Below, piece by piece: positions 47,185 through 55,232 of a DNA stretch of 55,232 nucleotides; the stretch's first letter is position 1; every line of letters starts with the position of its first letter. The stretch lies in the IMG/VR virus record IMGVR_UViG_3300021963_000158, positions 1-55,232 of that record; one strand, written 5' to 3'. Origin of the DNA: a virus. Lineage: Duplodnaviria > Caudoviricetes. Position numbers and translations under genes: made by a program. The notes beneath the pieces are model-generated. The model was not told the DNA's origin. It worked only from the letters and a program-made list of their open reading frames with translations, and searched no databases.

Positions 47185-47799
47185 TTAGCTTACTGTATTG
47201 CCGCCTGTTTGAGACTGTACAGTTTTACCAACGCCACCACCAATTAATTGGGTAGCATTATCAAACTTAATCTCACACATGATAATAACTGGATCACTGC
47301 TGTTATACGCCATGTCACCGTAGTCAACATTACTTAAGAAGCAACCTTCTAAGTCCCATTGCTCTAAGATGTTAGGTGTAGTTTGACCATTACCACCATC
47401 TAAAATATCAAATGTCATTGAGAACTTATAGTCAATGCCGCTCGGTGCGCTTGCTTGTTCCATGAAATCAAATTGCTTCTGGATTTGTTCACCGACTAAC
47501 TTGCTTACCTGACCTGTTGCGTCATCGCGGAAGTTTATTGTAGTGGCTTGCCATTCTGGTTTGCCCTGCAAAAATACTTTGCTGTTGTAAACATCAATTG
47601 TAATTGGATTGAAGTTTACGCTTGGACGCTTGATATCCTGAACTTGTTTTGTTAGTTCGGTTGTTGTTTTGGTAACACCAAAGTTGATAAAGTTTGCACG
47701 AAAGCGATACTTTAACTTTGGCATTAATAAGCCCTGACTAGCATTACTCTGTTGAGTTGATAGTGGAACTGTAAATTTGTTTAACGATGCGACTGCCAT
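47185..47799 (-). CDS. tail tube protein
   Basis: LLMPKLKYRFR, GKPEW, RDD, EQWDLEGCF, FDNA; follows the sheath gene. Confidence 0.85.
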   Translation of the reverse strand: MAVASLNKFTVPLSTQQSNASQGLLMPKLKYRFRANFINFGVTKTTTELTKQVQDIKRPSVNFNPITIDVYNSKVFLQGKPEWQATTINFRDDATGQVSKLVGEQIQKQFDFMEQASAPSGIDYKFSMTFDILDGGNGQTTPNILEQWDLEGCFLSNVDYGDMAYNSSDPVIIMCEIKFDNATQLIGGGVGKTVQSQTGGNTVS

Positions 47800-47827
47800 A
47801 TTGTTCTCCTGTTACTCTTATTTACCA

Positions 47828-50800
47828 TTAAGTCGATGCGATTTGTAAGGCACCAATATCGCCAGGATTGTACAATGCAATTGGGATATAGATGAACTCT
47901 ACATCACGCATTGGTTCAATCGCTACGTCAACATATAGTTGTTTATTAGCAATTGTAGCACTAGTATTATTACTTGTGTCACAGATAACCAAGAAGTCGT
48001 AAACACCTCTCTTAGCTAATATATCGTTTAATGCACCTTCAATTTGACGTGCAATACTTGTACGTGTAATTGTATCATTTGGCTCAAACAAGTAACCATG
48101 TGATATACTACGGAAGATTGTTCTTAGATAGTTTTCTAAACGAACAACGTTGATACTATCACGTGAGCTTGTAGTAGCTGAACGAGTCTGCTGACCCCAA
48201 ACAACAATACCTGTGCCAGGCAATTGTGTTAAAGGATTAATCTTTAAAGGATACAATGCATCACGTAGACCCTGATTAATACCATTGTGTATAAACGAAC
48301 CACTATTTGCATCAATGTAGCCAATGTTGTTCATGTTGCTTACCAGGCCGCGGTTAACACCAGCTGGTGCAAACCATGGATAGCTAACTTGGTCACTGTA
48401 CAAGAATGTACGTAATGCGGCATGGCTAGCAGGAACCACTACGCTGTTGCCAGCTAAGTCGTTTGTTAAACCAGCTGGATAGTAAATTCCGGTATATGGA
48501 TCACTTGCAGCTACACCAGGTAGACCTGTGCCGTCTGCGTTATTAACCCAATTGCTGATTGCAACTGCATTTGGTGTCAATGTCATTGGTGTGTCACCAA
48601 TGATGAAACCTGTATTACTGCGGTTGTTGTTTAAGTTAATTAAGTTACTTGTAACTTCTGAATAACCTGGGCAAACTAACAAGTTGAAGTTGTAAATATC
48701 TTCAAGTACATCAGTATTACTATCAATTGCGCTTGCCATTGCAGCCACAACAATTGCTCGTTGTGCTGCTTTTCCAGCATTCATTGCACCATTTGCATTT
48801 AATCCACTTACTGTAACCCATGAGTCTTTGACTGCCGGTAGACTAGAGCTTGCACCAGGGACTGTTGGCAATGTTGATGACGGATATGAAGTTAAATTAA
48901 ACTTGTCTGCTACAAATTGCTTAACGCTGTAACCACTGCGGCGTAGGTTAAACAACAATGTACCACGTGGATACAAGCGATAGTCGGGTGCATCTTGATC
49001 AATGTAATTGCTGATTAGCAAATCGGTGATTGTTGGTAAGTTACCAGTGATAACGTCGGTTGTACCATTGGTATCCCACCGTGCATCAGCAAATACAATA
49101 CCGTTGCTTGATGTGTGGTCTGTATTATCAATTTGGATCCAAGCACTACCATTCCAACGTCTTAATGCTGGGAAGTTTACTAGATCAGAAACATCCAACC
49201 ACAGATCGCCTGCTGCCAACGAATCTCCATTTGTTTGTGCAACTGGTGCTGTGCCTGCGCTAACAATAACTCCGTTTGCATCAGTATTACCTAAGTCATA
49301 CCCGCGGACATCACTAGTAACGTTTTGGTAACCTTTCCACCCGTTGTTGTTGATCATAATATCAACTTCAGTTGGTGTGCTGTAATACCAGTAAGTACCT
49401 GTTGCAGGAGCGGTATAAGGCTCGCTAACTTGATACTTAACCATATCTGTAATATGATCCCAGTTGTTAATTGACACTTTACCCAATGCTGCATTAATAT
49501 CTAAATTGCTACCAACACCGGCAATAAACTTAGCATCAACAGTTGGAGTTCCAACTGTATTACGTATTGTAATATCGCCACCAGCAGCATGAATAAAGCT
49601 GATGCTACCGTAAGGGCCGTCATCTGGATTAAATCTAGCTGATACATAAGGAATACCTGCGGCTAAAACTGCGGCAACAAATGACTGCGGAGTCTGCGAC
49701 CCTGTACCAGAAATAATAACTGTTGTAGTTGTAGTAGCTAAAATTCCAGGTGTACTAGAAATAATTATAAATGCGTCATCTGGCGTAAACGGTGTGTTTG
49801 ATGCCAATTGACCTCCGGTACCAACTGTTACTGTTGAGTTTGATTGTGCAATAAAGTTTATTCCATTTGCAGTTTGGTCTCTAGAACTGTATACCGCAAC
49901 CACTTGTCCGTGGGTAATATTAATGCCGCCACCCGTTGTATCCAATGCATAAATTGCATCAGTTTCCGAATAATACAACGGGGCATTTTTTGTTACCCAA
50001 GAATCTGTAATTGCGTCGTACTCTTTAAATACTGCGTTAAATCCGCCACCAGTGTTGGTTGTTTTCCACCATACACTACCCGTTGGGCGCGGCTCGTCAT
50101 CAGTGGCAAACCAGCCGCCTGTTGGAGTCTGAGCGTATGTGCCATAAAAGAAGTAAGGAGTATAGTAAGTACCTTCGTCGGCGCCAGCGGCTTCCAATGG
50201 CGAATGGGTACCGTCAACAATAATCATTTTACCATCAACAGTTACACCGTTACTTGTAGCATCACTAGTTGCATAAATTGTTAGATGTCCATCAACTGTA
50301 GAAGCTGCAATACCAGTAATGTTTGCACCGTTGATATAATCAGCAATGGTACTAATATCTAAGGTTCCTTCAGATGGTAATGTAACTTCATCGCCATTAA
50401 TAGTTAGTGTACTATTGTTAGTAATGACTGCGCTAACTTCTGTGCCTGTAATTACAGGAATTGCATTCTGCCACTCTGTAGAACCAACTTCAACCCAAAC
50501 GTTTGCACCCGGTCCACCTACATCTGCAGGTAATGCACGAGCATCAGTTTTGTAGTACAAACGAATTTGTTCTGGTGCTACACCCGCTGCAGTCACTAAC
50601 ACTAATGCAAATTCACCAGGGCTACCAATGGAGTTAATTGGTTTAAACACATCGTATGGATAGCTATTGTCGTTAATTACGTATGTGCTGTCAGTAATTA
50701 AAGTAGGCGAAATATGTGAGAACGAGCTTGTTGCGCTGTCTAACATATATAAACCAAATTCGGTGGCATCAATGTCTAACCAGTAAGTGCTGTCCTCTGG

Positions 50801-51181
50801 ACTGCCAACTGGACGAATAGATGTCCCTGTTAGTTGTGCTAAGTCGATATCAGCACGAATTGCATACATCTGGTTTGATACACCTAGTGCGCTATAAGCT
50901 GCCAATAACCCATATTCGTTCAATTCGCTACCGTTCACTGGGGTACCAGTTGCACTCAATTGGAATTTTGGTGTTCCGAGTGCAGTAACTAATTCACGCT
51001 GACTTGTAAAAGACTGTAGCTTTCCTGCGTTAGCTTTGCTTGTACCGGTTGCGGCTGCATTATTATAGGTTTTGTCTTGGGCAGTTGCCAATACAACTAG
51101 TGGGACTGAGCCAACGTTGCTGTTAACATATTGGCTTTGATCATTTATGGAAATCTGAATTCCTGGAGAAACTAGTGCCAT
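47828..51181 (-). CDS. contractile tail sheath protein
   Basis: MALVSPG, PWFAPAGVNRG, INPL, WGQQT, INVVRL, FEPND, EFIYIP. Confidence 0.95.
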   Translation of the reverse strand: MALVSPGIQISINDQSQYVNSNVGSVPLVVLATAQDKTYNNAAATGTSKANAGKLQSFTSQRELVTALGTPKFQLSATGTPVNGSELNEYGLLAAYSALGVSNQMYAIRADIDLAQLTGTSIRPVGSPEDSTYWLDIDATEFGLYMLDSATSSFSHISPTLITDSTYVINDNSYPYDVFKPINSIGSPGEFALVLVTAAGVAPEQIRLYYKTDARALPADVGGPGANVWVEVGSTEWQNAIPVITGTEVSAVITNNSTLTINGDEVTLPSEGTLDISTIADYINGANITGIAASTVDGHLTIYATSDATSNGVTVDGKMIIVDGTHSPLEAAGADEGTYYTPYFFYGTYAQTPTGGWFATDDEPRPTGSVWWKTTNTGGGFNAVFKEYDAITDSWVTKNAPLYYSETDAIYALDTTGGGINITHGQVVAVYSSRDQTANGINFIAQSNSTVTVGTGGQLASNTPFTPDDAFIIISSTPGILATTTTTVIISGTGSQTPQSFVAAVLAAGIPYVSARFNPDDGPYGSISFIHAAGGDITIRNTVGTPTVDAKFIAGVGSNLDINAALGKVSINNWDHITDMVKYQVSEPYTAPATGTYWYYSTPTEVDIMINNNGWKGYQNVTSDVRGYDLGNTDANGVIVSAGTAPVAQTNGDSLAAGDLWLDVSDLVNFPALRRWNGSAWIQIDNTDHTSSNGIVFADARWDTNGTTDVITGNLPTITDLLISNYIDQDAPDYRLYPRGTLLFNLRRSGYSVKQFVADKFNLTSYPSSTLPTVPGASSSLPAVKDSWVTVSGLNANGAMNAGKAAQRAIVVAAMASAIDSNTDVLEDIYNFNLLVCPGYSEVTSNLINLNNNRSNTGFIIGDTPMTLTPNAVAISNWVNNADGTGLPGVAASDPYTGIYYPAGLTNDLAGNSVVVPASHAALRTFLYSDQVSYPWFAPAGVNRGLVSNMNNIGYIDANSGSFIHNGINQGLRDALYPLKINPLTQLPGTGIVVWGQQTRSATTSSRDSINVVRLENYLRTIFRSISHGYLFEPNDTITRTSIARQIEGALNDILAKRGVYDFLVICDTSNNTSATIANKQLYVDVAIEPMRDVEFIYIPIALYNPGDIGALQIAST

Positions 51182-51282
51182 GGTTATTTTCCTTTATAAT
51201 ACATGTTATCAATATTTAGTTATAACGACAAAAAAATGGTGGCTATACTGCCCTTAATTAAGGTTTATGTGTTAAATACACT

Positions 51283-51636
51283 ATGAACACAAGAAAACTT
51301 TGTCCTACTTGCAATCAGCGCCCCGTTGCAATCAATTGCATTAAAGAAGGGCGTACATACTATCGACAAGTCTGCGATGCATGCGCCAGAGCAGGAAAGA
51401 AACTTAAACCCAAACCACCGGCATGGGCACAAAGTGGTTACATAAAAAAACCACAATGCGAACGTTGTGGTTTTAAAGCCAAGTATCCTGCAGAACAGAT
51501 TGGTGTGTTCTATGTTGATGGTAATTTAAAAAATAATAACTGGCTTAATTTAAAAACAGTTTGTTTAAACTGTCAACAGGAAATTTATAAATCAAGGTTA
51601 CCATGGAAGCCGGCACCTATTGTGCCAGACTTTTAA
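51283..51636 (+). CDS. zinc-finger/HNH-like hypothetical protein
   Basis: four CxxC pairs, DGNLKNN. Confidence 0.7.
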   Translation: MNTRKLCPTCNQRPVAINCIKEGRTYYRQVCDACARAGKKLKPKPPAWAQSGYIKKPQCERCGFKAKYPAEQIGVFYVDGNLKNNNWLNLKTVCLNCQQEIYKSRLPWKPAPIVPDF

Positions 51637-52231
51637 GTTGCTTGTATAAGTTCTCAATGCTACCATTGTTATCTACAATAGCATCAAATTGAGTACCTGC
51701 CCAGGAGTATTCGCTGGCATGTATATTTTCTTTTTCTAGCCAGGTTTGGGCTTTCATATCACCTTTATTAGCTTGTTCAGCAATACTATACCAATGCGGC
51801 GTAATACCACGTTGGACCCAAACAACTGTGGCGCCTTGTTGTTTTAGTCCCGTAATTTCGTTAGGGAAACGACAATCACTGATAACAATGCTGTCTTTGG
51901 CTGTACGCAGTTTGTTTTCTAAACTAGCAATCCATATATCATCGTGGAAGTGCTGTCGTAGTACGTTTGTGCCCCAATGCTGTAAAACATATCGAGGAGT
52001 CAAGTGTGGGATATTCAGTCTTGTGGCCCACCATTCGTCAACTTGCTCACGCCATTGCCTACTAGTTTGAGTGCGGCCCTCAAGCAGGTCTCTATCCCAG
52101 CCAAATACATTGGCTACTGCATCTTTTAATGTAGATGCAAAACTCTCTCGTTTAAAGTTATGAAAGTTACAAAGATAGTCTGCGGCTGTATCTTTGCCGC
52201 TGCCAATCAAACCACAAATACCAATGATCAT
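51617..52231 (-). CDS. deoxynucleoside monophosphate kinase (T4 gp1-like)
   Basis: GLIGSGKDT, FASTLKD, TPRYVLQHWGT, ISDCRFPNE. Confidence 0.92.
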   Translation of the reverse strand: MIIGICGLIGSGKDTAADYLCNFHNFKRESFASTLKDAVANVFGWDRDLLEGRTQTSRQWREQVDEWWATRLNIPHLTPRYVLQHWGTNVLRQHFHDDIWIASLENKLRTAKDSIVISDCRFPNEITGLKQQGATVVWVQRGITPHWYSIAEQANKGDMKAQTWLEKENIHASEYSWAGTQFDAIVDNNGSIENLYKQLKSLAQ

Positions 52232-52256
52232 AAAAAAATGCCCCTTAGGGGCATTA
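52232..52256 (-). terminator. intrinsic terminator
   Basis: AATGCCCC-TAA-GGGGCATT plus U tract. Confidence 0.75.
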
Positions 52257-52261
52257 TAGCA

Positions 52262-53176
52262 TTAACCTGTTATCCAGGTCAACGGTTGACTACCATCAAC
52301 AAAGGTTTTTAAATCCTCTTCTAGCTTGAGCATTTCTTCTTTGGCTTCTGCTACCATTCCTGCGCCATTCAAACTTGCTCCGCCTTGTGGGCCAGCAATT
52401 TGACTAAACTTGCTATATGCTTGCCCCAACAGCATCTTAGAGAAGCTGTAAGCATATTCTTGTATCCATGGAAACGACTGTACATCATTTAGAATCATCT
52501 GGTCGGGCTTGGAGTTGAACAGCCACAATATAATAGATTCTTGTTGAGCCAGATTTGGGTTTACGCCCTGGAATGGCATTTTACGCATTATTGTTAGTTT
52601 TTTGGTAGTAGGATTAAACGTAAAATTCATGTAACCACCAAACATTTTCATTGTTAGCTTTTGATAATCAACAAACAACTCATAGTTTGTTAACCCGCCT
52701 ACACGGCCTGCAACCAACATGTAAGTGTTTAAGTATCCACTTGCAAAAGGTTCAAATTGGCTTGCTGATGTACCTGTTACACTACCAATGCCACGTCGGA
52801 AAATTTGGCGCACACTTTGCACTTCTTTAGGGAGAATGTACTCTTGTGTTTCTGGTAGTAACACCATACTTGCATAGCTTTCTTCCACAGCGTTTTGAGC
52901 ACGTTGACGGTACTTAACTAGGGCCTGTTTAATAGCCATTTCATAGTGTTCCTTCTCTAGCTCAACATCCACAATACCGTCACCCAACCGCATACGCACA
53001 TAGTCTGTGATCTCGGCTCTTTGTGCATTTGCTGTTTCTAGCACACTTCCATCAAAGGCAATATGACTTGCAGATTGAGTACCTAACTCAGGGTCAAACA
53101 GATTTCCTGTTTGAATGTGGTTTTGTGCATCAAAGCCTGTTTCGGCTGTGGGCGTATTTGGATATGGAGTAGACAT
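52262..53176 (-). CDS. neck protein (gp13-like)
   Basis: RLGDGIVDVEL, WIQEY, LGQAYSKF, GPQGG, LNG. Confidence 0.85.
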   Translation of the reverse strand: MSTPYPNTPTAETGFDAQNHIQTGNLFDPELGTQSASHIAFDGSVLETANAQRAEITDYVRMRLGDGIVDVELEKEHYEMAIKQALVKYRQRAQNAVEESYASMVLLPETQEYILPKEVQSVRQIFRRGIGSVTGTSASQFEPFASGYLNTYMLVAGRVGGLTNYELFVDYQKLTMKMFGGYMNFTFNPTTKKLTIMRKMPFQGVNPNLAQQESIILWLFNSKPDQMILNDVQSFPWIQEYAYSFSKMLLGQAYSKFSQIAGPQGGASLNGAGMVAEAKEEMLKLEEDLKTFVDGSQPLTWITG

Positions 53177-53219
53177 TATAGGTTCCTATGTACAGTATTT
53201 ATAACTGCACATAAGAACG

Positions 53220-54395
53220 TTATGCCGTTTTAAGTAACACAATATCTGCGTTAATGCGGCCGGTCAGGCGTGTCTCTGTGGATTTGATATCCTCAATAAA
53301 TTTGCGTAATGCAATCTTACCTGCTTTAGCAAATTCTTTGAGTTTTTCCTCAGGCTTACGTAGTGTTTTACACACCGACTTAGCTTCATCAAACCCAATG
53401 ATTGTTGTACCCTTAACATTTAAGGGACCTTTGAGAGCATCTGCAACATACTTGCCTAACTTACGTGACTTGGTGTTGTAGATCCACAGCTCTTGTGCAT
53501 TAATGATGTCAGCAGGGTTAATGCTAATGATCTTTAATGTTTTATCTTCTTTGGCATACTTGAGCTTGGCTACTACTTTTTCCTTACTCACTGCACGTGG
53601 GGCACGGATTTTCTTAGTGGCCTTTTTAACGCCTCTATACTGCTCAATATCGGATAGAATCTTATCCATAAACGTAAAAAGACGCTTGAAATCTGCGGCT
53701 TTGTAGTGCTTGTATCCTTCCACTACCTGTGCATCCACTTTCTCAAATGCTTGCTTTAATTCATCAAACCTACGTTGGTAGACTGCTTCATATTTGCTAA
53801 GTTGACTTTGTGGTACATTGTTTGCTACCAAAAAGTCGTAGACTTTAAAAGTGTACTTTGGGTCAGCAACTATTTGATCGTAGTGCCCTTCTAACTCGCC
53901 AATTGTCTCGCTGGTCTTTTCGTTTAAGCGATCTTGGATAGTAGGCACGTAGGCTTTAACCTTTTCTGTGGCTATTTCCTCAACAGCCTCGGGCTCTGCG
54001 TCACCAATTGCGGTGGCAATTGAATCCTTTAAGAACTGTACATGGCGTCCTCGGAACGGCATACCTTGACGATGTGCCATAACCAAACTGCAGGCTGTCA
54101 TACTCATTGAGCGGTCGGGGCTACGGATAAATGCCGTAATGTCGGACTTGGTAAAGTCCTTTTCTTGTTTTTGCATCCACTCTACCACATACTTTTTACA
54201 ATCTTTTTGACTGTAATAATAATTGTAATAGTAAAAGCTCTTGCGGAGCATGTTGTCAAACTTGGCATCGTCCCAGGACGTGGCCAGCTCTGTGTTCCAC
54301 TCGGGCTCGGAGCCTGTGTACTTCTCATCTGCAAATCCAACATTGCGTGTTTTTGCAACTTTGGTCTTAATTTTAATTCCTGCTACTGTAGCCAT
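53220..54395 (-). CDS. conserved phage hypothetical protein
   Basis: 391 aa; YNTKSRKL, KTLRKPEE, GRIN; SD AGGAG. Confidence 0.8.
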   Translation of the reverse strand: MATVAGIKIKTKVAKTRNVGFADEKYTGSEPEWNTELATSWDDAKFDNMLRKSFYYYNYYYSQKDCKKYVVEWMQKQEKDFTKSDITAFIRSPDRSMSMTACSLVMAHRQGMPFRGRHVQFLKDSIATAIGDAEPEAVEEIATEKVKAYVPTIQDRLNEKTSETIGELEGHYDQIVADPKYTFKVYDFLVANNVPQSQLSKYEAVYQRRFDELKQAFEKVDAQVVEGYKHYKAADFKRLFTFMDKILSDIEQYRGVKKATKKIRAPRAVSKEKVVAKLKYAKEDKTLKIISINPADIINAQELWIYNTKSRKLGKYVADALKGPLNVKGTTIIGFDEAKSVCKTLRKPEEKLKEFAKAGKIALRKFIEDIKSTETRLTGRINADIVLLKTA

Positions 54396-54622
54396 TACAT
54401 TCTCTCCTTTTTCACTCTGCCAATGCGGCTTGCTTTATTCCAATCATAGGCAACGCCATCTGGGCACTTGCCGTCCTTAACTGAGTCCACTCCAAACATG
54501 CCAACAATCTCAAATTCACTGCCTTTAATTGTAACAAACACATTTAGTGTTTTGGCATAGGCCATTGCTAAATTTAAAGTACTAAAATTTGTCTCGTTGT
54601 TGTTTGCTATTACTTTGAACAT
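54395..54622 (-). CDS. hypothetical protein (leaderless)
   Basis: ATG 6 nt after TATAAT. Confidence 0.7.
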   Translation of the reverse strand: MFKVIANNNETNFSTLNLAMAYAKTLNVFVTIKGSEFEIVGMFGVDSVKDGKCPDGVAYDWNKASRIGRVKKERM

Positions 54623-54628
54623 AGATGT

Positions 54629-54657
54629 ATTATAGCACACTACCCATTTAGGGTCAA
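54629..54657 (-). promoter_or_regulatory. early promoter TTGACC-17-TATAAT
   Basis: motif match. Confidence 0.8.
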
Positions 54658-54658
54658 G

Positions 54659-54907
54659 TCAGTACAAAAGTGCGGCAAACATAGCCCATTGTTCAAAATT
54701 AGTTATATTTTCTTGTAGCTTCTGCTCTAATTCTGTATACTTATGTGTTACTTTTTGGTAACGTCGGCATTCTACCAATTCTTTGCTCATTTCTGTGTGT
54801 ACGGACTTGCAGGTTGTGTACATCTTAAACAGTTGGCTACGGGCCCGCATGTCTTTGGTAGTTCGTACCAAAAGTAACAGTTCTTCTAGCTTAGATTCGT
54901 AGTCCAT
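54659..54907 (-). CDS. hypothetical protein
   Basis: start revised to MDYESK, 5 nt after TACAAT. Confidence 0.65.
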   Translation of the reverse strand: MDYESKLEELLLLVRTTKDMRARSQLFKMYTTCKSVHTEMSKELVECRRYQKVTHKYTELEQKLQENITNFEQWAMFAALLY

Positions 54908-54912
54908 GCTGT

Positions 54913-54941
54913 ATTGTACTATAAAAATCATTATGGGTCAA
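54913..54941 (-). promoter_or_regulatory. early promoter TTGACC-17-TACAAT
   Basis: motif match. Confidence 0.7.
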
Positions 54942-54972
54942 GTCCATAAATACTACAATATTAGGGACAATT

Positions 54973-55232
54973 ATGGCACGGTTAAGCCTTTGGAAAGACG
55001 GTAAACACAGCAACGATTACAAGTTTATGGATAGACGCATATCCGAAATGTTTACCATTGGCGGTACAGGCATATTGGTTAACAAGTATCTTGGGCCAAT
55101 TGCACAAGGTACACAGGTTGCTACTAGTGCCGCACAAACTTCAACTACTGCTCCATTAATTTTTAGTAACACAAATGGTATCAATTTAAATGATTTTGTG
55201 TTTGGGGATAACGTTCCTGCTAACACTACTGT
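54973..55232 (+). CDS. structural protein, probably neck/head-closure (gp14-like), truncated at window edge
   Basis: MARLSLWKDGKHSNDYKFMDRRISEMFTIGGT...; ATAAATA upstream. Confidence 0.6.
   Translation, partial: MARLSLWKDGKHSNDYKFMDRRISEMFTIGGTGILVNKYLGPIAQGTQVATSAAQTSTTAPLIFSNTNGINLNDFVFGDNVPANTT

Overview
This window is a segment of a large T4-like myophage genome using the standard genetic code, with most genes on the minus strand. The PstS and GroEL sequences suggest a proteobacterial, probably betaproteobacterial, host (inference). Host-like genes: pstS with a Pho box, groES/groEL, a glycosyl/methyltransferase cluster, dCMP deaminase, an RNA polymerase omega-like protein and an Hc1-like protein. 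A 26-gene tRNA array (11.5-24.3 kb) covers all 20 amino acids. It is interleaved with RNA end-healing enzymes, tRNA-modification-like genes (a CmoA-like fusion, a QueC-like protein) and several unannotated structured RNAs. Further on are three radical SAM/SPASM proteins, recombination genes (uvsY, uvsX/recA, gp32), large terminase, putative internal head proteins, and tail tube, sheath and neck genes. The most striking signal is at the head of the main tRNA array (21569-21804). A consensus sigma70 promoter starts a leaderless 46-codon peptide that contains all 20 amino acids, and its 3' codons can pair with the 5' arm of the intrinsic terminator just downstream. This is the layout of a ribosome-stalling attenuator that would sense shortage of almost any charged tRNA and switch on phage tRNA/ncRNA transcription. 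All calls come from manual reading; no database searches or folding programs were run.
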